Source: Paraphysomonas bandaiensis (taxonomy: Eukaryota > Protista > Chrysophyceae). From it: 64,000 nucleotides of DNA. The position numbers and the translations under genes were made by a program. Below are positions 49,575-61,844 of the stretch, one piece after another (within the stretch, counting starts at the first letter, position 1; every line of letters begins with the position of its first letter). The stretch lies in the NCBI GenBank assembly GCA_965644295.1, contig CBFFRP010000431.1, forward strand, positions 1 through 64,000, written 5' to 3'. The notes beneath the pieces were generated by a model. That model was given only the letters and a program-made list of their open reading frames with translations, searched no databases and was not told the origin of the DNA.

Positions 49575-50003
49575 AAACGACGCCGTCTCCGGCAACTCTA
49601 CCTATGCCTGAGGCCCAAACGGTGCACTGAGACAACGCCACTTTCCACCTCACCACCCACCTCTCAGCACACACATCTAGCACTCTGTACACTCAGGACC
49701 TTAATACAGAACCTGTACCTCAGAGCCTGGTGGAATCTCACCCCAAGGGGAGACCCTCTGATAACACGCTCCAGTGAGTCCTAGGACACACGATCATGGC
49801 GAACCTCGCAATCAACATTAAGAACGGAAGTGGTCGCACCTTGGTGCTTGCGGCGACGCACAAGCAGCTTCTGTAGCACTAATAGAGGATAATAGAATTT
49901 GTACTGATTAGTTACGGGTAGAGGTCTAAATAGTATGTCTAGCATACAACTAGCCACTACGTTGGTGTAGGTTTTTAACGCCTATTGCTAAATAATAAGA
50001 CTT
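49575..50003 (+). mobile_element. 5'-truncated copy of the same LINE (ORF end + full 3' tail)
   Basis: RRRLRQLYL...THL.L..LRTLIQN matches the C-terminus of ORF 2770-3645; the tail aligns with the reverse complement of 2545-2770. Confidence 0.85.
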
Positions 50004-50015
50004 TTAATATATCTC

Positions 50016-50178
50016 AGCAACATCTGTTTATCATATTATATTCACAAGTCACTCTTATATTTATTTAGTCACACATCAGTAACCTGAATTACCTACTTTA
50101 TCAGCTACACCTATGAGTTTGTTGCACACTATCAACTCATTGCGAATGCACAATTGAATCATACTGCAGAACTCAACA
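50016..50178 (+). repeat. Family C interspersed repeat (second copy)
   Basis: agcaacatctgtttatcatat...tagtcacacatcagtaac...tacacctatgagtt...tgcagaactcaaca is shared with 40147-40333. Confidence 0.7.
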
Positions 50179-51067
50179 TTGGTAACTGATATGATATCAA
50201 TCTAGGGAATGAATGAATGATAGTTTTTACTTATTGAGTGAGTTCAGCGTTCAGTTACTTAAGCTTTACTCATACTAGTGTCTAGTCCTGATACGGCAAG
50301 GCGTACTTCTGGGAGTGTTGGCATATATAATGTGTACGTACTTGAAGGTTGCTGAAGTCTATCGGTGGTAGCTCTGTAGCTAATCCTATATTCTGTATTC
50401 TATGTAGCAATGAAATACAAAATACTTAATCGACAGGGCTGCAATAATAGCAGTAGCTATTAAGTATACATCTTAAATATTGTAGCTGTTATATATGATT
50501 TGCAGAATAAAATATTGATTGGTGTGTTTCCGCAATCACAATGCTACAACATCATAATTTATTTCACTATATCTCTACTAACATAATTCAGTCAGTTCTG
50601 TGCTAATAAAAGTATAATTTTACAGTATTGACGTATTGACTATTAGTCATTATTTTAATAGTTATGATGTTTGAGAGAAGTTTATAGTAATTAAGTTGGA
50701 TAGACTCTTTATTATAATTGGATACACAATTGTGTGTGTTGTTCCCGATCCCTGTTAGAGAGCCATACGTATTCCAACACTCAGGTGTGTGGGCATCACC
50801 ACCACACACCACGCCTATGTCATCTCCTTATATCATAATGGCTCAATATACCTTTTTTGCTACATATGATTAAGTAGGTAGTTTACGTGTACAGTTTATA
50901 TAATCATACAACACTTCTCAGAGTTCACGCAAAAAATTTGTTCCAACTCGTATATATATATCGATACATGCTTTAAAATATATCAACATTATATAGAAAA
51001 AAGTGGGCAAACTCACAACATGGAGCGGCACTCTCACATAGTACACATATTAACACATAGCTCTATA

Positions 51068-52487
51068 TTACCAAGCTTCACCCAAAACAGGGCTTGTTTT
51101 TTTCGTCCTATCCAAACAAGAAAAGTGGAGGCTGTCAAACACTTCATATTTCTTTGATATCGAGTCCTGAAATATAGGGTTAAGTATCGTTGGTCGACTG
51201 TGCTGTCGGAAAGCTTACCTGTTCATAGTACAATATAACGGCATGACCCGAACAAACTTCTCGTTCGCCTAATGATACGACTTTCGCTTCGTTGAAAAAA
51301 GATGGAATCACAGCATTCCTGAAGAGCAACATCAGAGACTAAAATGCAATAAAACGCAGTACCATTCCTGGGTGAGCGGACTCCTGACACCAGAGAAATA
51401 GCTTTTATGATGTGGACTAATTACATGTTCATATGTTACACAGCGAAGGTTATATAGTGATTCTATAGCGCCATCTGGCCCGTCCGATAGAAGGGGAGAT
51501 ATGTCCAAACCCGTAACTGGAAAATCTAGTGTTCGAGTCGGAACTGGACCAGTTTCACTTTGTTATCAATAGCAAGTAAGCACATAGGCACAATGCTAAA
51601 CTTCGTTGCTTACCGCTCGAGGTACATCACCAGAAGGTTAGGTAGCTTCATTACTCGTCGTTGGAGGGTTTTTATAGCCCCTTCACAACATAATTTATCC
51701 TATACAGAGTAAACTACGAGGCGGATTTGCTATAAAAAGCACTCACTTGGCAGCCGGGGACATTGACAGGTTCCGTGAACCGGCGCAAACATGCGGAAAG
51801 AGTAGATTCTTGATAGACAGGAATTTCTAACATTGTCCACGGCTCATATGTTGTGTGCTCTTGACCACAGCAGTTGCACCGTGAAAGCACGGAGTATATC
51901 CCCATGCACTCGTTGAAGCAAACATTGGAGTCTTGTGTTGGAGAAAAGTAGCACTCAAGAAAACTTCGTATAGAACCACTCTTGAACATACCCTGCATAT
52001 TTGACTCTCGCCATCGACACAAAGCTTCGTCGTGCATGTGATCTAATAACTGTGCCAGACAGTTTCGTGCTAGTTTGTCGTTGGTAATGTGGTTCACCGA
52101 CGTCATATTCTGTAGTACTTCATCCCTCAAATAGGTGAAATACATAGTCTCCACAGAACTCATATCAATCCATATATCGATCAAGGAAAGTTTTAGCATA
52201 TTTATAAGCTCAGAGGCTGGTTTGTTGCCACAATTATCGTGATTAAGGAAGTGATCTATAACAACAGGAGTGTTGAGCAGGCAGAGTATAATACTGTTAG
52301 CATAGGAATGCTTCCCATCAGTGTATATACGCACACAGCCAGGTGGTCCATGACAACTAGAGTCTTCAAAATCAATAGATGTTCCTCGTGCATTACTGCA
52401 AGTGGGTGTATACTTTTTCACAGTTGTATCATTATGTTTTCCATTCCCAACAGCCAGAGGAGAGGAGACAGATGAACCGATACCCAT
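51068..52487 (-). CDS. USP (ubiquitin-specific protease)-fold protein, probably catalytically inactive, 5 exons
   Basis: Cys-box-like GKHSYANSIILCL, LLDHMHDE, CNCC..E...YEPW..LEIP, TLSACLRRFT.P, KLPNLLVMYLER, LDFPV.GLDISP, YNLRCV and ILYYE. Four GT-AG introns in frame. Confidence 0.75.
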
Positions 52488-53162
52488 TGTAGGTTCACTG
52501 TGTTACCAGGTAACTCCAGAATGATTCCAATTAAAGAAATATCCGTCTATATATTCATTTTCTTACAACTTAATAGATGAGATGGACTGAAGTATATGTA
52601 TGTATGTCATTGATGAAGTTTACATACGTACAGCCGCACTCTCAAGCCCTCAGTCTCCTCCCTTCATCTTCCCATAACACCAACAGAAATCCGAAATCCA
52701 AAAATACCAACATACGTCATATAAAGAAATGTCTTCAACGGTTGCTTGCCTGACGGCCGGTCAAGTACCGGTATACGGGTTACAGACACACCAGAAATTA
52801 TTTGAATATTTCTTTAAAAAGAAAAAACGTCCGTTTTTTTGTATAGCAGAGAGAGGCAGAGAGTACTGCACGGTACTGTACACAGAGATGCTGTATATGA
52901 GTATACGATACGAGCGAGTCGGAAGCAACGGTTTTTAATAGCTACTGTAGGTGTTAGTGAACTCTCCATGGTCTTGAAGTATATGTTATGAATGCATCAG
53001 CTCATAGTGATATCAATAAATAAACTCATTACGATTTGATTGTGGTGCATTCCATAAGTAGAATTGTCACCACAGATTCTCTCGGCTTTGAAAGAAGTTT
53101 ACGGGATAGAACTAGACTTAACACTATAGTATTATTATTATTGTTTACTTGTTCATTTCACC

Positions 53163-56100
53163 ATGCATCGTATTATTAGTGACTATACTAACGTAGAAAC
53201 GAGCTCCAACATCAAAGTGTATGTCAGAGCACGTCCACCGGAAGATAATGCCCTTAAAATTGACTTCATAGACACGAAAAGTGATCCGGAGCATAAAAGG
53301 ATAGTCATCAAAGATCCGGACACGAACAATAAGAAGTACAGTGAAGTTGTTTTCCAATTTGATAAAATATTCTGGGTGGAAGCTCAACAAATTGAATTGT
53401 TCAACACAGTATGTCGTCCACAGGTCTTTCAAGTTAATGACAGCTACTGGATGCTCGTCTCATGTTCTTATTTCAGGTGGATCATGTTCTACGTGGCTAC
53501 AACGCTTGCTGCTTCGCGTATGGACAAACTGGTAGCGGGTTAGTAGTATGCGTTCCAGTATGTGATATTAGCTCACTTTTTACATTTTCGTTCAGCAAAA
53601 CGTATAGTATGTTTGGCGAATCAGGTGAACTACGAGGAATGATACCACGATCTGTGGAGTATTTATTCGAAACATTAGCTTCGAAGGATGGTGAGAGTGA
53701 ATACTCCTTGTCTTGCACATTCCTAGAAATCTACAACGATGCTGTTCGAGACCTCGGAAAAGCCTATCTTGTGGCAAGTGGCATGGGCGCACAGGGAACT
53801 GATTTCATTCACGAAAAGACATCTGACCTATTCCATAGCATTAGCAAGAAGCGCCAGGACTCGTACTATGCTCCAGCATTTAAGCGTGTGTTGGCAAACT
53901 CATCTCTGAATAGCACTGCCTTCGCAGACTTAATGAATCAACCAGGCTTGCGGTCTGTTCAAGAAGAGTATCTCTCGATGCACTATGATATTAGAGAGGA
54001 TGGAGAGGGCAATGTGTTCGTTAAAGACCTCTCGAATATACGAATATCAACTATCGCTGAGGTTATGGCAGTAATTAACATGGGCCTGAAGGTCCGTGCA
54101 ACCCACGAGACGAAGATGAATAATACCTCATCGCGATCGCATACAGTTTTTACTATTACAGTGTTGCAACGAGATAGAGCGTCCGGTGCCTCAGTATCTG
54201 GAATGCTTAATCTGGTAGACTTAGCAGGAAGTGAGCGACTCAAAAAGAGTGAAAGTCAGGGTGCACGGCTAAAGGAGGCGCTTCATATAAACACCAGTCT
54301 GACTGCACTAGGGAAGGTGGTGATGGCTCTGGAACAGGCTGCAGACAAGCAACACGTGCCCTATCGTGATTCAAAGCTTACTCGCATCCTTCAGAATAGT
54401 TTAGGCGGTAATTCGTACACGACCTTGATGGCTGCGATTCACCCGTGTCCCGCCTATTATGACGAGTGTCTTTCCACTCTTCAGTTTGCAAACCGATGTA
54501 GAAACGTGACCAACAACCCTCGCGTTAACTATGTCGGTGGAAGCGAGATGGAAGACAAGGACAGGAAGATTAAGCGCCTTATGGAGGAAATAGTACAGTT
54601 GAGGGCGAAATTGGCACAGTATGAGCGCGGAGGGGGGGCAGCTGGAGCTTTCACTGGGATAGCATTGGCAGAGAAAATTCAAGTGATACTTAAGAAGGTC
54701 GGAATATCTGCCTCGATAGGAGCGGATGGGTCGCTGAAAATGGAAGATGGTCGCACTGTGTCTCTCGAAGAACTCAATGATGTTGCAATTGCGGGTAACC
54801 CTGAAGCTGAGGAGAAATATCAAGCTGAGACAGTCAAAACGGTATGTGTTCTATCTCCTAACACACAATTATATAACCTGACAAATGAATTTTATTGGTT
54901 TTGTAGAGTGGTGGAAGATCAACCGAAAAACTGAATATCATAATATCCGAGCTTGAGAGTGCGAACGCTGAATTGAGACTTAAGTATAAAGCGAAAAAGC
55001 AGCAAGCAGAGGAGATCGGAAAGGAATTCGAGCAGCTGAACAACGAGTTTAATCGTTGTCGACAGGATTGGCAGCATAAAGAGTACGAACTGAGAAAAAA
55101 CAGTCAAGCAACGTCTACGCATGCGAAGGGTATTGAGAGTCTTCTGAAATCGAAGCATGAAGCCACTTATGCTGAACTAGTTGCGCGAAACCAAGAGTTG
55201 CTGGAACAGCAGCATGAATTGCTGAGGAGTATCCCTAAAAATCTAAAAACCCTGACAACTACCTCCAAGGTGGAGAAAGATAGGACCCAATACGAGATCG
55301 TTCAACCTATCAAGGAAGCATATGATAGACTCTTACAAGACATGGAAGCGTCACGACAAAAGGAGCTGGAGAATCAGAAACAACAGTTTGAGTATTACCT
55401 CAAAGCGAAGGATGACACTCTTAGAAATATGACTACGGCTTTCAATAAGTACCGGGAGAAAAAATCCGGTCAGCTCCGGAAATGCGAGCAAGAGATAGTA
55501 AAACTGTTCACTTACGCGGAAAAGCTAGAAGGCATTGTGAAAGCGGCGGAGGCAGGAAAGTTTTACATTCAACACACCCAGATCGCGGGTCGTGAGGCGG
55601 AGACAGGGGGAGGGGGGGGACTTTTAATACCTCAGGGTACACTGCCACGCAGACCAGGTGCGGATGTTACTGCTAGGGGGACCGAATTGGAGCTCTCTCA
55701 GCGAATTATGAATAAACACCTAGAGCGTATACGGAAGGACGAGAGAGTGAAGAACGAGGCCATGGAGGCCATTCTTCAACATCATGGGTCAGCAGACGAG
55801 AAAGCCGATAACGGGATTATAGATGAGGAACTACAGGAGCAAATACGAGGAATGATGACATCGCCGTCCATCGGAAGGGATTTGATTGCAACAGCCTCCT
55901 CGCAGGCTGCCACATCTCGTGCTGCAACGAAAGAGCCTTCGAAGAGACATACTTTGTTTGCTGCGCCCTCTCCTCGCTCTGCGAGAAGTGATACAGGTCC
56001 ACCTCCTGCTCCTAGAAGGCATACTGCTTTTACTCGAGCTTCCACGGTTCAGGGCCCTCCAGCTCGTGCTGCCCAGACTCTAAACCAGAACAAGACGGAC

Positions 56101-56746
56101 ACGGTAGCGAAGTCATCGCGCAGACCTTTTTCAGCCTCGCTGTCTAAGCAGGGCAGCTCTGTTCCTGTCACAGTGATTGAGTCTACTGACACCCAGGAAA
56201 ACTCTACTGCTGATCCTGACATATTTGCTGAGGATGGGAGTTACGACTACGTGTTTCCAAACTCCGAAGGCAAAGCAGACGCAACACAGCAAGGGGGGAA
56301 TGCAATGTTATTTTCACCCAGTAATAGCGCAACAGGGTCTAAAAGGCACCCAAAATCGTCGTCAAGTACTAATCAAGAAGTTATTGCATTGCGCAATGAA
56401 GTTGCTCAACTGAAAATGCGGATCGCCGAAATGGAAGAGGTTGGAATTAATATCCTTTATGGATTTTTATTTTAATTATGCTTTAGGTTGATAACGAGAA
56501 TATTTTAGACCAGATCGACGGAAATGAAACAATTGAATACATCCAGCAGTTGGAAAATGAGCGCTCAGTTTTGCGGAATTCTGTTCGTGAGACGTCAGCG
56601 CAATTGCAAAAGCTAAAGGTATGTTTCATTCATTTTTGCAAGCCTTGATGTAAATAGTTTCCTAGGTTGCAAATGCTTCTTTGACTCGACAATACGAGGC
56701 ACTACGGGTAAAATGTAAACGACCTTCGTCTGGTGCTAGAAAATAA
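53163..56746 (+). CDS. Kinesin motor protein (N-terminal motor, coiled-coil stalk), 6 exons
   Basis: NIKVYVRARP, FQFD, spliced FAYGQTGSG|KTYSM, LEIYN, NNTSSRSH, LVDLAGSE, HVPYRDSKLTRILQNSLGGN and STLQFANR. Confidence 0.93.
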
Positions 56747-56934
56747 ATAGTTTTATTTTAGGCTGTGGCCCATATAGTAGTTATATTTTATTAACCTCAA
56801 ACAATCTATTTTCAAAGTTGTGCTATTGTAACCATGATCCATTATCTATATCCCAAATGTACTTGTGATGTACGTTGCATTGGGCACATACTACACTACT
56901 ATATTCATAAAGAAAACTAATATGTGGAAGTGTT

Positions 56935-57409
56935 CTAGATAGTGTTTTAGTATTTAGTATAACCTAATCAGTGATTGGCGTTAAACGTTAAATTGGCTAA
57001 ATTGCAAGGAACAGATGTAGAGTGTAGAGGTGTTCTAGATAGGGAAAAATTTAATTTTGGCCCTTTTTGGCCCTCGGCCCGCATTTGGCCCTCTACTACA
57101 ACTAACAATAATAACAATAATTCTTAATTAAAAACACACACAACACACACTACAACCACAAGCAACAATAACGCACATAGCAAAGGGCAGTATTACGCAC
57201 AAAGCAAAGGGTCAAATTTAGCAAGAGTTATTAATATCTTAAGCAAGAGCAACTTTATACCAAAACATTTTTCGGAGCAAGAGCTGGCGGGCCGCAAAAA
57301 AACCTTATCCTAGATAGTGTTTTAGTATTTAGTATAACCTAATCAGTGATTGGCGTTAAACGTTAAATTGGCTAAATTGCAAGGAACAGATGTAGAGTGT
57401 AGAGGTGTT
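56935..57409. repeat. 100-bp direct repeat (56935-57034 and 57310-57409)
   Basis: The two copies of ctagatagtgttttag...agaggtgtt appear identical by eye. Confidence 0.9.
57043..57309. mobile_element. MITE-like insertion with 8-bp direct flanks CTAGATAG
   Basis: CTAGATAG at 57035-57042 and 57310-57317; imperfect inverted ends GGAAAAATTTAATTTTGGCCC versus the reverse-complemented right end (G)GATAAGGTTTTTTTTGCGGCCC. Confidence 0.65.
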
Positions 57410-57936
57410 TGTGTCGTTGTGTGTGTGCTATGAGCGAGGAACAGGGCGAACATTGGAAGTGAAACCCCTCAGTACCGACCAGTCACGGTAAAGCAACACT
57501 TGTTCGAAACTCTCTCATGCTATTGGGATCACATTTCAGCAAGCAAAGCAAAGTCGTTGTGGATCGGTTGACCGATGTGGGGAACCTGTAAACCGGATTC
57601 TATCAAGCTAATAAAAAATCTGAGATATATTTGCTTCGGTTCCGAAAGTTTTAGCACTGTACATAGTAATGTGACGACAACTACGATTGGTTATGGCCGC
57701 TAAAATGCTAGCTACAGAGGTTCAAATACTCATATATAAGGTAGATGAGCAAAGACGAACAGTATCGTCGTATATAACATAACGACTTCATCAGAACGAC
57801 GACGCATTATATTTACGATTGAATGAACGCGTTATTACTACAACATACGTCGTCCAAGTCCAATTACACCGCACTACTGGAGATGGTAACACACGACACC
57901 ACACTTCTGAGAGAAGCCAGCACTATGAATATGAAA

Positions 57937-58466
57937 TTATGCGCTCTCCTCCTTCATTGCGATAATCTGTTCGTGATCCATAGCTGAAAGAACAGAAATA
58001 ATGAGGGTCTTTCCGTCGTCGAATGCATCTCTAATTTGACGGGCAAACCCATCAGGAATATCGGGAAGCTTGATATCCTCACGGGTTTCGCCAGCCTCGT
58101 CCATAAGGGAGCAGAATCCATCGTCGGAGATGTCTATAAGGGTGTATTCTTTGCGGTTCACATTGGGGACATGAGTGTTGTGGGTGGAAGGGACGATATC
58201 CTCACACTTCTTGCCAGTGAAAATATCCACAGCAGTGAAGTTGCACTTAGCATGTCCGTGCTTACCAGTCTTAGAGGTGGACACATCAACAACTTTGCAA
58301 GGCTTTCCCTTGATGACGATGTATCTATAGACAAGAAGTTAGTGTTGCGATATGACATGTGGTGAAACCATTACCCGCCCTTGCGGATCTGACCGGCTTC
58401 CATGTTGTACACGGTAGAGGACCCGGCATCAGCGGTGGAGAAATCGTAGTCATCAATGTCACCCAT
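57937..58466 (-). CDS. eIF5A: Eukaryotic translation initiation factor 5A, 2 exons
   Basis: ADAGSS...QIRKGG|YIVIKGKPCKVV and the hypusine motif STSKTGKHGHAK; short GT-AG intron with a CTAAC branch site. Confidence 0.97.
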
Positions 58467-59026
58467 CTTCGCAGTAATTAGCTTTCAAGCTCAATAATAA
58501 TGGTGTGAATTATGTATGTGTCTCCATACAACACACAGCCCACCAACACACCTCTCATTTTTTCTGTGTTTCGTGTGGTCCATTTGACACCACCTGTCCC
58601 TTCAAGATACTTTCCCGAAAGGTGAGGAAATGATGACTTCATTTCTCTTGTTGCTGATGATGATGGTGGTAATGGGGAAAACGGAGGAATGTAGTGAGGT
58701 AAAGTATATTTCACCTGAAGCACTGAAAACCTGAGAAAAATAGAAGGATTGTTAGAAAACGGGTGTTTCATATGCTATCGCTCATTAAATCCCAGTTTTT
58801 TAAACATCTAGGGAAAACTTCTAATATTTCCCCAAAATATTCAAAAAAAAGTCGAGTATGCCGTTAATAGACGGATGATGTTCCTGTATGTACACATACA
58901 TGTACATATAGAGGACTAAACACTGTTGTTGATGTTGTTTAAACCAGTCACTGATGTGATTGTTCTGTCTATTCTTCTGTTACTGTAGTATGTTACACTG
59001 AGCTGTCTATTATCTCAGTGTTTAAT

Positions 59027-61203
59027 ATGGATTGGAAGATGCTGTTAGTTGTTTTATTAGTGCCATTAATTGAGGCCAGACGAAGCTATAATCCTTACGC
59101 ATTCGCAGCAATTAAAAACAATGGAAGTGTTGTGACATGGGGTTTATCTTCTTATGGTGGGGATTCACCCTCTTCTCAGCTTCAATCAGATGTAGTGTCT
59201 GTCTACTCAACACTTACGGCTTTTGCGGCTCTCAAAAGCTCAGGCGATGTCGTAACGTGGGGTAGTTCAGACAATGGTGGTGATTCTAGTAGTGTACTTT
59301 TTACTGCTTCTGTTGTTGATATTGTTTCCACTAGCGCGGCGTTTGCGGCCCTGCAGGTATTGACTTTAACTATATTGCTCCCTATAAATGAGTTCTGACG
59401 TCAGGTCAATGGTGCTGTAGTAACTTGGGGTGGGTACTTAGTTGGGGGTGAAAGTTTTACAGTAGCATCTGAACTTACATCTGGTGTAAGTGCTGTTTAC
59501 TCGAACTACTACGCTTTCGCTGCACTAAAGTCTACTGGAGCGGTTGTCGCGTGGGGAGACACCTCCAATGGTGGGTCCACTGACTCTGTTGCAAGCAAGC
59601 TTACTTCTGGTGTCGTTGATGTTTTCTCAACGAAAAGTGCTTTTGCGGCATTGAAACAAGACGGCAGTGTAGTAGCTTGGGGGAAGTCTGATGGTGGTGG
59701 CAATACGGGACTGGTGACGTCTAAATTATCATCTGGTATCCGAGTTGTCTACTCCAACAACTATGCATTTGCCGCATTGCCTGGTATAGAGACAATGAAA
59801 CAAGCGGTTACTTGGGGTGATTCAGTGCGTGGTGGATCATCTTCGTCTGTTTCGTCACAGCTGGTTGAGGTTAGACAGGTGTATGCTGCCACACAGGCAT
59901 TTTGTGCTGTTACCGTAGATGGCAAGGGTGTCACGTGGGGAAACTATGACTACGGGGGTGACTCCCATAATGTAGATCTCTCCAGTGGGGTCTCAGAGGT
60001 CTCATCTACGTCTAATGCATTCGCTGCGCTGATGACTGGTGGCAGTGTAACGGTATGGGGATGGTGGGACCAGGGGGGTAATCCTCCTGCATCAGTACTT
60101 CCTCAGCTAACGTCAGGTGTGTCATCTGTATATGGCAATTCTGGATCATTTGCAGTGCTCAAAGAAGACGGATCGGTAGTCACTTGGGGAATTACCAATG
60201 GTGGAGGAGACTCTTCAGCCGTGTCATCTCAGCTAAATAACGTGCAGTCTATATCCAAAATCAGCTCGGCGTTTGCGGCTTTGAAGAATGATGGCAGTGT
60301 GGTAGCATGGGGGTCAACCACCACCGGAGGCGACACATCAGATGTGTGGTCCGAATTGACATCTGGTGTGGTGTCGGTGTCAACTATGGATGACTATAAT
60401 GTTATTTCAGGCATAACATCTGCACCATCGTCCGTCCCGACCACTTCACCCCCGACGGTTTCACCTTCCGCCCGCCCTACCTCCACACCTACACGACACC
60501 CCACCCCCCGACCGTCTTATTCCCCGACAGCCATGCCCTCTGGCCCCACCACCGAGCCATCCCCATCTCCATCTAGACCCCCATCAAGCGCACATAGCGC
60601 TAATGGTGCTGCCCAGGCATTTGAAAACAACTGGGACATACTGGTGATGGTTTGTTCAGTATTGGTGCTCCTCGCAGCGATTGGTTTTGTTTATTGGCGT
60701 AGGCGTGAGGCGCACGCACCAAGAAACTACGTGCGCACCGGGAAGCATGAACCTATTGGGTATGATTTCGAGCAGGGTGGTGAGATGATAGGTGTTTACC
60801 CTGTGACCGATATCGAGAATGGTCAGTCTTTCTAATTGTATAATATTATTCGTATGAAACTAACGGCATTGTTTTAGTGAACCCCATGGAACAAATTAAT
60901 GCAACTGGTGATACTGTGCTTGGGTCGGGCACGGCTGCCACGTATACGACCCCCTCTCCACGTGCACAGCCCAAATCTCTATCTCCCCGGAACCGGAGGT
61001 CTACTCCATCACCGAGAAATGTACAAGGGAAGCGCTCACCACCTCGTCCTGGGAAGCGGTCCAGTCCCCGCGCTTCGCATGCTGGTGAAACGGGGAGAAA
61101 GTCTTCTCCTCGGGCAAGTGCTGTTCGACGATCTCCTTCCCCCCCTCCAAAGGGTCAACGAAAGTCCTCTCCGCGTTCGAGGAGCCCAAGACGCAACGCA
61201 TAA
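59027..61203 (+). CDS. Type I membrane protein with RCC1/BLIP-II-like beta-propeller repeats, Pro/Thr/Ser stalk, TM helix and SPR-rich tail, 3 exons
   Basis: Signal peptide, about ten AFAALKxxGxVVxWG repeats, PT-rich stalk and TM helix ILVMVCSVLVLLAAIGFVYW-RRR. Introns at ~59357-59404 and ~60822-60877 join the ORFs. Confidence 0.8.
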
Positions 61204-61339
61204 TGCCATTTTTATAGTTGTACAAAAATGCATGAAGTGTAGCAGTGCAGTGTATAGTCGATATTAGTTCGCGTGCTACATTGTTGGTTTGGTTGTACTG
61301 TGTTTTGTTTAAAGTTAAATAAGTAAACACTGTAGTTGA

Positions 61340-61570
61340 AATTTCTCCGGGAAACTAACGTGAGCCGCATGTAGAGTCAGCAGTAACGTTCTTCCCTGTT
61401 ATAGCCTAATGCTTGTCACTTGTGTAGACGTCTTTGGGTATTGACGAATAAACAGAAACCCGGGAATTGGCCCACCTCAAAGGCATCCGGGGTATTGCGC
61501 TGCTTGCTGAAGTCAAGCATCATCTGGGCTCAAAATTCTGAAGTCAGCAGATGTCAGGTATATCAACAGA
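61340..61570 (+). mobile_element. Family B element body
   Basis: Aligns with 39079-39300 and with the reverse complement of 39600-39905. Confidence 0.75.
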
Positions 61571-61844
61571 TTTTATACATTTCACCAGATTTTGGTATTA
61601 CCTTGACTTTTCTAGTTCACTGGCCTTACAGCTATGACATCGACGGCTGCATATTGCGAGGCCGTCCGCATTACCTAGCAGACCTCATTGAGCTTGACGT
61701 GAATATCTCCTGACGACATATTGAATAAATGCAGAGAGCTATAAATTAATGGACATATCTTGCATGTCTTAGACATATATTAGACAAACAAGAGAGGTAT
61801 AGGTCTTGTGCTTTGTTTTGACCTGACCTATGATACATTGATTT

